Assembly: GCA_963716435.1 (NCBI GenBank)
Contig: OY970312.1
Span: forward strand, 985,576-1,049,575
DNA: 64,000 nt
Direction of reading: 5' to 3'
From: an uncultured Thermoleophilia bacterium
GTDB lineage: Bacteria; Actinomycetota; Thermoleophilia; Gaiellales; Gaiellaceae
Made by a program: the position numbers and the translations under genes. Numbering within the stretch: position 1 is the first letter of the stretch; every line of letters starts with the position of its first letter. The notes beneath the pieces were generated by a model that saw only the letters and a list, made by a program, of their open reading frames with translations, ran no database searches and was not told where the DNA came from. Shown piece by piece: positions 27,939 through 37,219 of this stretch.

Positions 27939-28478
27939 ATGCGTACACGAAGTGTTCTGCGCCGGATTGCGGTGCTTGCGACGCTCACGGGGGTTCTCGT
28001 CCCGTCGGCGCATGCGGCACCGGTCGGAGACCAGGTTGCGCCGGGCGTGATCGACCGGATCCAGTCCTACAAGCGGGAGACGCTGCGCTGGCAGCGCGTC
28101 ATGGGCGTCAAGCTCGTGTCGACGCGTCGGCTCGCCGACCGGCCCGCGGATCCGGGCTCGCCCGCGATGCTCCGCTACTGGCGGAAGCGGGCCGCGAAGG
28201 CTCGCTACGCGGCGCGGCATCCGAAGCGCCTTCAGGCCTGGCTCTGCATCCACCGGCGTGAGGGATCGTGGAGCGCAAACACGGGGAACGGCTACTACGG
28301 CGGCCTGCAGATGGACATCTCGTTCCAGCGGGCCTACGGACATCGCCTTCTCCGGACGAAGGGCCGCGCGCACAAGTGGCTCCCGCTCGAGCAGATCTGG
28401 GTGGCCGAGCGCGCCTACCGAACCGGACGCGGGTTCTACCCGTGGCCGAACACCGCCCGCGCCTGCGGGCTCATCTAG
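27939..28478 (+). CDS. Rpf-like transglycosylase-domain secreted protein
   Basis: Signal peptide (IAVLATLTGVLVPSAHA). C-terminal WLCIHRREGSWSANTGNGYYGGLQMDISF resembles the resuscitation-promoting-factor transglycosylase-like motif (C.. ES.G.W..NTGNGYYGGLQF). Confidence 0.65.
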   Translation: MRTRSVLRRIAVLATLTGVLVPSAHAAPVGDQVAPGVIDRIQSYKRETLRWQRVMGVKLVSTRRLADRPADPGSPAMLRYWRKRAAKARYAARHPKRLQAWLCIHRREGSWSANTGNGYYGGLQMDISFQRAYGHRLLRTKGRAHKWLPLEQIWVAERAYRTGRGFYPWPNTARACGLI

Positions 28479-28550
28479 GGAACCTTTTCGCCGGGCGGGT
28501 CGGTGGGTGCCGACCCGCCCGGTAGCTAGGGTCTCGCCCCGCGTGACCGC

Positions 28551-29885
28551 ATGCGCATGACGATCAGCCGCAGACCGTCCGTCCTTCGCCGTGTGCTCTG
28601 TGCGGTTGTCCTCACACTGGCCACGGCCGCTCCGGCGCACGCGGCCTGGACGCGGGTGCTCGACGTCTCCGGCGGATCGCGGCGCAGCGCGCTCGAGGTG
28701 CGGGTGGCGGCCGGCCCGAAGGGAACGACCGCGGTCTGGACCCGCCTCGTCGGCTCGTCCACCCGGATCCAGGCGCGGCTCGTTGCGCGCAACGGCTCGC
28801 TCGGCGCGGTGAAGACGCTCTCGGAGGAGGGGCTCGAGGCGGGCTACCCGGACGTCGGCGTGGCCGCGGACGGCTCCGCGGTCGTCGGCTGGTGGGTCGA
28901 CCGGGCCGCGCCCGTCGTCCAGGCGCGCCGCATCGGGACCGACGGGAAGCTCGGCCCGGTCCTGGCGGTGAGCGGCGGGCACGCGGATTCGTTCGACCTC
29001 GCGGTCGGCCCCGACGGCGCGGCGACGTTCGTCTGGGTGCTCCTTGCGTCCGGGGACGAGGAGTTCGCCTCCGTGAAGATGCGCCGGCTCGAGGCGGACG
29101 GCACGCTCGGGCCCGTCCGGGAGCTGGACGCGGACACCTACGACGCCTGGGGCCCCGCGGTGGCGGCCGGGCCCGACGGCTCGGCGGTGACGGCCTGGCA
29201 CCGGCTCGACGACGACGGCCAGGGCGAGATCGTCGTCACACGCAGGATCGCTCCGGACGGGACGATCGAGGCGAAGCGACGGCTCTGGAGCGGGCTTCTC
29301 TCCTACGAGGCGCCGCGGGTCGCGGTCGGCTCGGGCGGGCGGGCAACCGTCGTGTGGATGACCGCGGCCGAGGAGCTGCGGGCGCGCCGCGTGGATGCCG
29401 GCAAGCCGCTCGGGCCCGTGCTCGCGCTGACCAAGGGCGCGAGCGGCGTGCTCGGGCCGAACGTGGCGATGGGCGCGGCCGGCGCGACGACGGTCGTCTG
29501 GGGACGGGCGGCCGGACGCGGCTACTCGGTCGAGGCGCGCCGCATCGGCCCCGGCGGCGGGCTCGGGCGGCTGAAGACGCTGGCGCGAAACGGTCCTGAC
29601 ACGTCCTGGCCCGACGTGGCCGTGGATTTCCGCGGCGTGGCCGTGATCGTCTGGCCGTCGGGCCAGCACCAGGTCGCCGTGCGGACGCTGCGTACGGGCG
29701 GCCGGCTGGGCGCCCTGCGGAAACTGGCCGCGCGGGGGCGCGTCGACCAGCCTCGGGTCGCGCTTGCGTCGACCGGCGCGCCGACGGTCGTGTGGACGAG
29801 CCAGCGGCCGGGATCGAGCTCGGGCGCGCGCTACGTGGTCGAAGGTGCGGCACAGCGAAGCGCGCAGGGCCGTATCGCCGACTGA
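28551..29885 (+). CDS. Secreted repeat protein (seven ~45-aa repeats, beta-propeller-like)
   Basis: Signal peptide (LCAVVLTLATAAPAHA). Seven repeats of the pattern [VI]xARR[IV]xxDGxLGPVxxL ... VAxxxxGxAxVVW. Confidence 0.65.
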   Translation: MRMTISRRPSVLRRVLCAVVLTLATAAPAHAAWTRVLDVSGGSRRSALEVRVAAGPKGTTAVWTRLVGSSTRIQARLVARNGSLGAVKTLSEEGLEAGYPDVGVAADGSAVVGWWVDRAAPVVQARRIGTDGKLGPVLAVSGGHADSFDLAVGPDGAATFVWVLLASGDEEFASVKMRRLEADGTLGPVRELDADTYDAWGPAVAAGPDGSAVTAWHRLDDDGQGEIVVTRRIAPDGTIEAKRRLWSGLLSYEAPRVAVGSGGRATVVWMTAAEELRARRVDAGKPLGPVLALTKGASGVLGPNVAMGAAGATTVVWGRAAGRGYSVEARRIGPGGGLGRLKTLARNGPDTSWPDVAVDFRGVAVIVWPSGQHQVAVRTLRTGGRLGALRKLAARGRVDQPRVALASTGAPTVVWTSQRPGSSSGARYVVEGAAQRSAQGRIAD

Positions 29886-29911
29886 CCCGGCGGATTACGC
29901 TTGCGCCCGCG

Positions 29912-31300
29912 ATGCGGGCCGAGACCGACCTCCAGCCCCTTCCGGCGCCCGGCGTCTCCGTCGCCGAGCTCGCCGCGCGGTTCCTCCCGTTCCTGCTCGC
30001 GCTCGTCGTGTACGCGGGTGTGCTCGGCGTGATGCGCCCCGGGCCGACCGGGGACGAGCCGCACTACCTGCTCGCCGCGCAGAGCATCCTCCGCGACAGG
30101 GACGTCGATCTCACGAACGATTACGCGAGCCGGGCGCGCGTGCTCGCCGTGTACGGCGAGTTTCCGATCCAGTCGCACGCGGCCGACTTCCGCGGCGACG
30201 GCGCGCTGCGCAGCGTTCACGGACACGGACTGCCGGTGCTCATCGCGCCCGCGTTCGCCGCCGGGGGCATGCCCGCGGTGCGGCTCCTCATGGTCGTGCT
30301 GGCCGCGCTTCTCGCCGACCAGCTCTTCCGCCTGCTGCGCGATCTCGGGCTCGGACGGCGCTGGCGGATCCTCGCCTGGGCCGCGACGTGTTTCTGCGTG
30401 CCGCTCGTCCTCATGTCGGGGCAGATCTATCCCGAGGTGCCTGCGGCGCTCATCCTGGTCGCGATCCTGCGGATCTCCCTGCGCGCGAGCCCTGCGTGGC
30501 CGGCGCTCCTCGGGGGAGCGCTCGGCGCCGCGTATCTGCCGTGGCTCCACGTGCGCCTGATCGTGCCCGCCGTCGCCGCGATCGCGGCGCTCGCCTACCG
30601 GGCCGGGACCGTGCGGCGGTTGCTCTTGGTCCTGGCCCCGCCGCTCCTCAGCTTCGCGGCGCTCGCCCTTGCGTTCCAGCGGTGGTACGGGAGCCCGCTG
30701 CCCAACGCCGCCTATACGTATTTCAGCGGCGGCGACCTCGGCAACGGCGGTCCCGGATTCCTCTACCGCTACGCGCTCACGGATCTCCTCCACCCGGGGA
30801 TCGGCTGGATTCCCTACGCGCCGGTCGCCTGGCTCGGGCTCGCCGGGCTCGGGCTGGTCGTGTGGCGCTGGCGTCGGGCCGGAGCCGCGGTGCTGGCAGC
30901 GGTGGCCGCGTACGTGGGGCTCGTCGCCCTGAACGGACTGCCGCTCGGCTACCACTTCCCCGGCCGGATCCTGCTCGTCGCAATCGTGCTCGTCGCCGTG
31001 CCGCTGGCGCTTGCGCTCGAACACGTGCCCGCGGCGCGCATCGCGTTCGTCCCGCTGTTCGCGGTGTCGCTCGTGATCGCCGCCGCTGCGGTGCTCGACC
31101 ACGACAGCGCGTACCCGAGGGACGGCGGACGGGGCGACGCGCGGCTCGTCGTCGTCCGGCAGCTCGAACCGGTGTTTCCGAACCCGCGATCCGACTCGCC
31201 GGCCCACGACGGCGCGCTCGCGTTCGCCTGGGTTGCGGGCACGGTGCTCGCCGGCGCGCTGTTCGTGCAGGTCGCCGCGCGAGAACGTAGGGTGCGCTGA
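29912..31300 (+). CDS. Polytopic membrane protein, putative GT-C-type glycosyltransferase
   Basis: More than 10 TM helices and an early extracytoplasmic motif TGDEPHYLLAAQSILRDRDVDLTNDY. Family assignment is tentative. Start at ATG 29912. Confidence 0.55.
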   Translation: MRAETDLQPLPAPGVSVAELAARFLPFLLALVVYAGVLGVMRPGPTGDEPHYLLAAQSILRDRDVDLTNDYASRARVLAVYGEFPIQSHAADFRGDGALRSVHGHGLPVLIAPAFAAGGMPAVRLLMVVLAALLADQLFRLLRDLGLGRRWRILAWAATCFCVPLVLMSGQIYPEVPAALILVAILRISLRASPAWPALLGGALGAAYLPWLHVRLIVPAVAAIAALAYRAGTVRRLLLVLAPPLLSFAALALAFQRWYGSPLPNAAYTYFSGGDLGNGGPGFLYRYALTDLLHPGIGWIPYAPVAWLGLAGLGLVVWRWRRAGAAVLAAVAAYVGLVALNGLPLGYHFPGRILLVAIVLVAVPLALALEHVPAARIAFVPLFAVSLVIAAAAVLDHDSAYPRDGGRGDARLVVVRQLEPVFPNPRSDSPAHDGALAFAWVAGTVLAGALFVQVAARERRVR

Positions 31301-31524
31301 TGCTGCTGCTCGCAATCTTCGCCTACCGGCCCGGGACGCTGCTCGGAATCGCCGCCATCGTGGCCTGGGCGGTCTGCTGGATCATCGGCGCGATCGACAT
31401 CTTCAAGCGCCGCGACCTCGGCGTGGGCGGCAAGATCCTCTGGCTCCTCGTGCTCATCTTCCTGCCGATCCTGGGGCTGCTCGTCTACTACATCGCCAGC
31501 GCGTTCAGCGGCACCTCGAAGTAG
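31300..31524 (+). CDS. Small membrane protein with PLD-nuclease N-terminal (PLDc_N)-like domain
   Basis: 74 aa with two TM helices and the motif KILWLLVLIFLPILGLLVYY. Its start overlaps the upstream stop (TGATG). Confidence 0.6.
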   Translation: MLLLAIFAYRPGTLLGIAAIVAWAVCWIIGAIDIFKRRDLGVGGKILWLLVLIFLPILGLLVYYIASAFSGTSK

Positions 31525-31595
31525 CCGCGTAGGGCACAGCGGCAGGACTCCCCGGCGTCTGCCCGAATCCAGGTCGGAACCATCCGGGGGGCATC

Positions 31596-34433
31596 ATGCT
31601 GTTCGAACGTCGCCTCGCTTGCGGGGTCAAGGCCGCACTCGCGGTCGCCACGGTCTTTCTGGTCTTCCCAGCCTTTGCCGGGGCTGCCGTCGCCTGCATC
31701 TTCGGCGCGGGAACCGCGACGATCTCGATGTCCGCGGCGGGCGATTCCGCCTCCGTCTCCGTGGGTACCGGCGCCAACCTCGGGCGCATCATGGTCGGTG
31801 TCGCGGCGTGCGGCGTCGCCACGACGGCGCTGACCGACACGATCGTCGTGACCGGAAACACGGGCGCCGAGACGCTCACGATCGACCTGAGCGGCGGCTC
31901 GTTCGCGCCGGGTGTGGTCGTGGAGGGCGCGGGTCTCTCCGAGATCGAGTTCTCCGTGGATCTGGGGACCGGGACCACGGACCGCATCACGATCACCGGC
32001 GGGCCGGGGAACGACAACGTCGTCTACGGAGCGCTCGGAGCGAACCTGAACGGCGACCTCGATGTGGACGTGACCCTGACCGGGGTCGAGCTCGGAACGG
32101 TGAACGCAAGCGGAGGCGACGACATCATCTCCGGGGCCGGCGACGTCGTCACCGGCGGCCCGTCCTCGATCCTCTTCACCCTGAACGGCGAGAGCGGCGA
32201 CGACACGCTCGCCGGCGGATCGGGCGACGACACGATCACCGGCGGAACCGGCACGAACGGTCTCGCGGGCGGCGCCGGCGACGACACGCTGACCGGCGGC
32301 CAGGGCTCGGACACGCTGGACGGGGGCCCGGGCGGAGACACGCTGAGCGGCGGCCTCGGAAGCGACACGATCGACGAAGGATCCTCGGCGAGCGGCTCGG
32401 ACAGCCTTGCGGGCGGCGGCGGCCTCGACACGGTCACCTACGCCGCGCGGTCGAACGGCGTGACGATCACCCTCGACGGTGTCTTCGACGACGGCGAGGC
32501 CGGCGAGGGCGACAACGTCGCGGCCGACATCGAGAACGCGTTCGGCGGAACGGGCGGTAACACGCTCCTCGGGAGCGCGAGCGCCAACACCCTCACGGGC
32601 GGTGCCGGCGTGGACACGATCGACGGCGCGGCCGGCGACGACACGATCTCGGGCTTCGCGGGCAACGACCGCCTGACGGGCGGCACGGGCAACGACACGG
32701 TTTCGGGCGGGGCCGATGCGGACGCGATCGTCGAAGGCGCGGGCAACGACGCAGTGGACGGTGGAACGGGCTCCGACACGCTCGACTACTCGGCCGTCGC
32801 GGGCGCGCTCACGGTCAGCCTGGGAACGGCGACGCCGCAGATCACGGGCGGCGCCGGCACCGATACGATCGCGGGCTTCGAGAACCTGATCGGCGGGACC
32901 GGGGCCGACGTGCTCTCCGGCGACGGAAGCGCGAACCTCCTCTCCGGGAACTCAGGCAACGACACGCTCCTCGGCGACCTCGGCGACGACACGCTCATGG
33001 GCGATGCCGGCACCGACACGGTCGACTACTCCTCCTTCCTCGGTGCCGTGACCGTCGTTCTCGGCGCGGGCTCGAGCACCGGCGCGGCCGACACCGACTC
33101 CCTGCTCGGAATCGAGAACGCGACGGGCGGCGGAGGCGACGACACGCTGATCGGCGACGCGGGCGCGAACGCGCTCATCGGAAACGGCGGCGCGGACACC
33201 CTCACAGGATCCGAAGGAAACGACACGCTCGACGGAGGCGGCAGCGCCGACGTGCTCGACTACTCCGGCGCGGCGGGCGGGATCACGCTCAACCTCGCCA
33301 CGGTCGCCGCGCAGAACACGGGCGGCGCGGGAACCGACACGATCGCCGCGTGCGAGTCGGTCATCGGCTCGAGCTACGCGGACGTCCTCACCGGAAACGT
33401 CGCGGACAACACGCTTGCAGGCGGCGCCGGCGACGACACGATCGCGGGCGCGCCCGGCGACGACACGCTCACCGGCGACGGCGGAACCGACACGGTCGAC
33501 TACACCTCGTCCACGCTCGGCGTGACCGTCGACCTCTCGCTCGCCGGGCCTCAGGCGACCGGGGCCGGAGCCGACACGCTCGGCGGGTTCGAGAACCTGA
33601 CCGGGGGCGCGGGCCGTGACGTCCTGCGCGGCGACGGCGGGGCGAACATCCTCACCGGCGCGGCCGGCAACGACGTGCTCGTCGGCACGGCCGGCAACGA
33701 CCTGCTCGACGCAGGCGCGGGCATCGACCTGCTCGACTACTCGGCCGAGTCGGACCCCGTTGTGCTCAGCCTGACGACGGGCTCCGCGACGACGACGGGC
33801 GGCACCGACACGCTCGTCGCCTTCGAGAATGCGACCGGAGGCAGCGCGGCGGACACGCTCACGGGCGACGGCGCGGCGAACGCGCTCACCGGCGGCGACG
33901 GAAACGACGTGCTGCGCGGGCTCGCCGGCGACGACACGCTCTCGGGCGGCCTCGGCGACGACCGGCTCTTCGGCTTCGCCGGCGGCGACACGCTCACGGG
34001 CGGCACCGGCGTGGACACGGCCGACTTTTCCACCTTCTACCCGGCGAACCAGCGCATCGGCGTGATCGTCAACCTCAACAGCGGCCGTGCGACCGGGGAC
34101 GGCGCCGACCTCCTCTCCGAGCTCGAGAACGTGCTCGGATCGAGCTTCGACGACCGGCTCGTCGGCACGAACGGCGCGAACCTCCTCGAAGGAACGGAAG
34201 GGAACGACGTCCTCTCCGGCCTCGGCGCGGCCGACACGCTGCGCGGCGGCGACGGAAACGACACCATCACCGGCGGAGGCGGCGCCGACATCCTGGCCGG
34301 CAACGCCGGAAGCGACCTCTTCTACGCGCGCGACAAGACGGCCGACCAGGTCCGGGGCGGCGCGGGGCGCGACACGGCCCAAATCGACCGCAAGCTGGAC
34401 CACCTCTCCAGCATCCAGAGGCGCCTGCCGTAG
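31596..34433 (+). CDS. Large RTX-type (haemolysin-type calcium-binding repeat) secreted protein
   Basis: N-terminal signal-like segment (AALAVATVFLVFPAFAGA). Dozens of GGxGxDxL nonapeptide repeats, for example GGSGDDTITGGTGTNGLAGGAGDDTLTGGQGSDTLDGGPGGDTLSGGLGSDT. Confidence 0.85.
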   Translation: MLFERRLACGVKAALAVATVFLVFPAFAGAAVACIFGAGTATISMSAAGDSASVSVGTGANLGRIMVGVAACGVATTALTDTIVVTGNTGAETLTIDLSGGSFAPGVVVEGAGLSEIEFSVDLGTGTTDRITITGGPGNDNVVYGALGANLNGDLDVDVTLTGVELGTVNASGGDDIISGAGDVVTGGPSSILFTLNGESGDDTLAGGSGDDTITGGTGTNGLAGGAGDDTLTGGQGSDTLDGGPGGDTLSGGLGSDTIDEGSSASGSDSLAGGGGLDTVTYAARSNGVTITLDGVFDDGEAGEGDNVAADIENAFGGTGGNTLLGSASANTLTGGAGVDTIDGAAGDDTISGFAGNDRLTGGTGNDTVSGGADADAIVEGAGNDAVDGGTGSDTLDYSAVAGALTVSLGTATPQITGGAGTDTIAGFENLIGGTGADVLSGDGSANLLSGNSGNDTLLGDLGDDTLMGDAGTDTVDYSSFLGAVTVVLGAGSSTGAADTDSLLGIENATGGGGDDTLIGDAGANALIGNGGADTLTGSEGNDTLDGGGSADVLDYSGAAGGITLNLATVAAQNTGGAGTDTIAACESVIGSSYADVLTGNVADNTLAGGAGDDTIAGAPGDDTLTGDGGTDTVDYTSSTLGVTVDLSLAGPQATGAGADTLGGFENLTGGAGRDVLRGDGGANILTGAAGNDVLVGTAGNDLLDAGAGIDLLDYSAESDPVVLSLTTGSATTTGGTDTLVAFENATGGSAADTLTGDGAANALTGGDGNDVLRGLAGDDTLSGGLGDDRLFGFAGGDTLTGGTGVDTADFSTFYPANQRIGVIVNLNSGRATGDGADLLSELENVLGSSFDDRLVGTNGANLLEGTEGNDVLSGLGAADTLRGGDGNDTITGGGGADILAGNAGSDLFYARDKTADQVRGGAGRDTAQIDRKLDHLSSIQRRLP
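32100..34330 (+). repeat. Degenerate 27-nt coding tandem repeats (RTX nonapeptides)
   Basis: Recurrent ggcggc..ggcgacgacacgctSacc units throughout the RTX gene. They are coding repeats, not a CRISPR array. Confidence 0.8.
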
Positions 34434-34461
34434 ACCCGGGATCGGCGAGACTACGGGCCGC

Positions 34462-35403
34462 ATGGGCTCGGTTTCCGTCGTGATTCCCACCTACCTTCGG
34501 CCGGAGCTGGTCGTCCGCGCCGTGCGCAGTGCGCTCGCGCAGGAGCCCGGCCCGGCCGAGGTGGTCGTGGTCGTGGACGGACAGGACTCCGAAAGCCAGG
34601 ACGCGCTGGCGGCGATCGGCGACACGCGAGTGCGCGTGGTCGTTCCGTCGGAGGGGCTCGGCAACGGCGGAGCCCGAAACGAGGGCGTGCGGCAGGCAAC
34701 CGGCGAATGGGTCGCGTTCCTCGACGACGACGACGAATGGCTCCCCGGCAAGCTCGCCGCACAGCTCGAGACCGCCGCGGCGTCGCGGTACGAGCTTCCC
34801 GTCGTGAGCTGCCGCCTGCTCGCCCGCACCGGCGCGGCCGAGTTCGTCTGGCCGGTCCGGCTGCCCGAGCCGGACGAGGACGTGAGCGAGTACCTCTTCC
34901 TGCGCCGCAGCCCGTTCGTCGGCGAGGGGCTGGTGCAGTCGTCGACCATCTTCGCCCCGCGACGCCTCGCCCTCGAGCTGCCCTTCGTCAAGGACCTCCA
35001 CACCGACTCCGACTGGATCCTGCGCGCCGTCGCGTATCCAGGCGCGGGCCTCGAGTTCGTCGCCGGCGAGGCGCCCTACGTCGTGTGGAACATCGAGTAC
35101 GAGCGCTCGCGGGTCACGTACTCCACGGAGGACTGGCGCGCGTCGCTCGCGTGGATTGAAGCTGCGAGTGTTACCCCGCGCGCGAGGACGTCGTTCATCC
35201 TCTCCCACGTGAGCGCGGCGGCCGCCCGCGAGCGCTCGTGGCGCGCGTTCGTGTCACTGCCGCGCACCGCGCTGCGCTATCACCGGCCGTCGCTCGTGGA
35301 CACGGTCGTGCACACGGCGAACTACTTCGTCCCGACCCGCATGCGCCGCGCAATCGCCGCGCGGGCCGGAATCGGACGGCGGGCCGCAGACCGCCAGGCC
35401 TAG
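34462..35403 (+). CDS. Glycosyltransferase family 2
   Basis: SVVIPTYLRPELVVRAVRSAL ... VVVVDGQDS ... GNGGARNEGV ... VAFLDDDDEW (the DxD region) is typical of GT2. Confidence 0.85.
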   Translation: MGSVSVVIPTYLRPELVVRAVRSALAQEPGPAEVVVVVDGQDSESQDALAAIGDTRVRVVVPSEGLGNGGARNEGVRQATGEWVAFLDDDDEWLPGKLAAQLETAAASRYELPVVSCRLLARTGAAEFVWPVRLPEPDEDVSEYLFLRRSPFVGEGLVQSSTIFAPRRLALELPFVKDLHTDSDWILRAVAYPGAGLEFVAGEAPYVVWNIEYERSRVTYSTEDWRASLAWIEAASVTPRARTSFILSHVSAAAARERSWRAFVSLPRTALRYHRPSLVDTVVHTANYFVPTRMRRAIAARAGIGRRAADRQA

Positions 35404-35486
35404 AGAGAGTTTCCCCAGGGGTCAGGTCTTGCTCCCCCGCACTCGCCTGATCACGGGCGGCGCTCCGGTGCGGCTACGCTTCCGTT

Positions 35487-35810
35487 GTGGTTGCGGCGAT
35501 GGCAACGCTGACGGGTGGCGCCGACGACTTGGCCGGCCTGGCGAGGCTCGCGCAGGAGACGATGGAGGACTGGCTGCGCGAGTACGAGGGCTATCGCGGC
35601 CTGATCGTCTTCACCGACGAGCAGAACGGGCGCTCCCGCGTCGTCACGCTCTGGGATACGCGCCAGGACGAGTTGCGCGCCCGCCAGAGCCGCGGAGCAA
35701 TGCGCGACCAGGTTGCGGTCATGGCGGGGATGACGGTCGAGGGCATGGAGGTATACGACGTGCCAGGCACTCGAGGTCGTTCCCGGCTGACCGGCCGGCC
35801 GCGCGGCTAG
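35487..35810 (+). CDS. Small hypothetical protein (possibly ABM/Dabb-like fold)
   Basis: 107-aa ORF and the last core gene before the att fragment. Weak resemblance only (GLIVFTDEQNGRSRVVTLWDTRQD). Confidence 0.4.
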   Translation: MVAAMATLTGGADDLAGLARLAQETMEDWLREYEGYRGLIVFTDEQNGRSRVVTLWDTRQDELRARQSRGAMRDQVAVMAGMTVEGMEVYDVPGTRGRSRLTGRPRG

Positions 35811-35829
35811 CCGCGCCGGCGCGAAAAGC

Positions 35830-35892
35830 GGAGGGGGAGGGATTCGAACCCTCGATCCGCCTTACGACGGATAACGGTTTTCGAGACCGCTG
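35830..35892 (-). other. 3' fragment of tRNA-Ser(CGA): anticodon stem-loop through the acceptor 3' end. Predicted att core at the distal junction of an integrated element.
   Basis: Reverse complement reads GCGGTCTCGAAAACCGT (anticodon loop CTCGAAA), a variable arm ATCCG..CGGAT, T arm GAGGG-TTCGAAT-CCCTC, acceptor 3' strand CCCCTCC and discriminator G. The matching 5' acceptor GGAGGGG and the D arm are absent from the next ~100 nt. Confidence 0.75.
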
Positions 35893-35955
35893 ACAAGCAT
35901 GCGGTTTGCAGGCATCCTGCCGCTCGTTCGCCAGTTGGTTCGCCAGCGGGATCGT

Positions 35956-36529
35956 CTATTCCTCGGTGGAGCCGGGCTCGCCTCCCCTCGTTTGAGCCTC
36001 GATACATCTCTCACGAAGCCGCTGGAGCGCTTCGGTTCGTCCTTCTCCTGGATCATTGGACTGGAGGAAGACGGGAAGCTTCTCGACCGCGTCATCCGAT
36101 GGGGCGATTAGCGCTTCGTCCAGCGCCCACTCCCACACAATCGCCTCGTTCCGATACAAGCGGTGAGGCCGCTCATCATCGGGCCGCTCGTCGAAGGACG
36201 GGAGCTGGAGAACGATATGGCCGATCTCGTGGAGCGCCACGAAGTACGAGAGGCTCGGAGCTTACGGTCGGCACGGTGATCTCGCGCTTCTCCACGCTCA
36301 AGGAACCCTCCGCATCGAGGAGGCGAATGTCCTTCTCCAACAAGGAGATCCCGTGCTGAGCGGCAAGATCCGCCATGTGCCGACGGAGTCTCGCGGTCTC
36401 CTCATGCGGAAGCGGGTCGTTCGATGGCCCCCGGAACACCGAGTCGAGCAGCGCGAGAGGGTCGATCTCCTCGTTCGTCACGAGTGGGCCGAGTCGCGCT
36501 CGCTCACGAGCTTCTTCAGCTCGCCGCAT
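35956..36529 (-). pseudogene. ImmA/IrrE-like zinc metallopeptidase, frameshifted
   Basis: The two ORF pieces 36176..36529 and 35956..36240 join across a 1-nt frame change near 36245-36260. The downstream piece carries YFVALHEIGHIVL (HExxH). Confidence 0.6.
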
Positions 36530-36969
36530 CTGACCGCGAACTGCTCGATCACCTCCTCGATCTGCTGGCGGGCATGGGCAATCTCCGGCGAGCCCTCCAC
36601 GGGCGATCGGGCATGCAGCTCAAACCACGTGAGGATCCGCCCCTCCCGCTCCACAAATGAAGCGTCGTCGGGTGTCTTCCTCCGCAAGAACGCGCGCCAG
36701 GACTCCTCGCGTTTCTCGTCCCCGTTGCAGCTTCCGCATGCGAGCACGAGGTTGCCAAGATGGTTACCGCCGTCCGCGTCCGCATGGTCGACGTGGCCCT
36801 CGCGCTGATCGCGGCGCAGCTCCTTGCCGCAGTATGCACACCGCGCTTCGAAGTGTTCCCAAAGCGCGTCAACGCTGCCGGGACCGGGATCGACGATCTC
36901 GTCGACGGCCCTGCGCATGAGGTTCTTCGCCTGCGAGACCGTGTACTTCCGCCGTTGCCGGGACGCCAC
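36478..36969 (-). CDS. HNH endonuclease
   Basis: CAYCGKEL ... HVDHADADGGNHLGNLVLACGSCNGDEK matches the HNH pattern (CxxC ... H-N-H ... CxxC). GTG start 36969 has a purine-rich RBS. The 3' end overlaps the ImmA-like ORF. Confidence 0.8.
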   Translation of the reverse strand: MASRQRRKYTVSQAKNLMRRAVDEIVDPGPGSVDALWEHFEARCAYCGKELRRDQREGHVDHADADGGNHLGNLVLACGSCNGDEKREESWRAFLRRKTPDDASFVEREGRILTWFELHARSPVEGSPEIAHARQQIEEVIEQFAVRCGELKKLVSERDSAHS

Positions 36970-37219
36970 TAGAACCCTCTCTGGCAGTAGTCGGTGATGA
37001 GGCCACTCTAGGGGAGTCGTTCGTTGGTCAAGGCGACGGTTGCCCCTGCGCACAAACCTGCAGAGCGTGCGCGCCAAGGCAGGCCTTGATCAACGGAGAG
37101 GCGAGGGCGCGAACCGAACCCGGAGTTCAGGCCGGCGGATCCGATCCTTCTTGACACAGATGGTGGTCAGGTGAGACAGTCGCCTCGTCAAGTCCTGTGG
37201 GCCCTCGGGCTCGCAGGAC

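Noticed and set aside
32100-34330. Regularly spaced short repeats that could be mistaken for a CRISPR array or minisatellite.
   Set aside because: The units are degenerate 27-nt codon repeats encoding GGxGxDxL nonapeptides within one continuous 945-codon ORF. No spacer/repeat architecture is present, and no cas genes.
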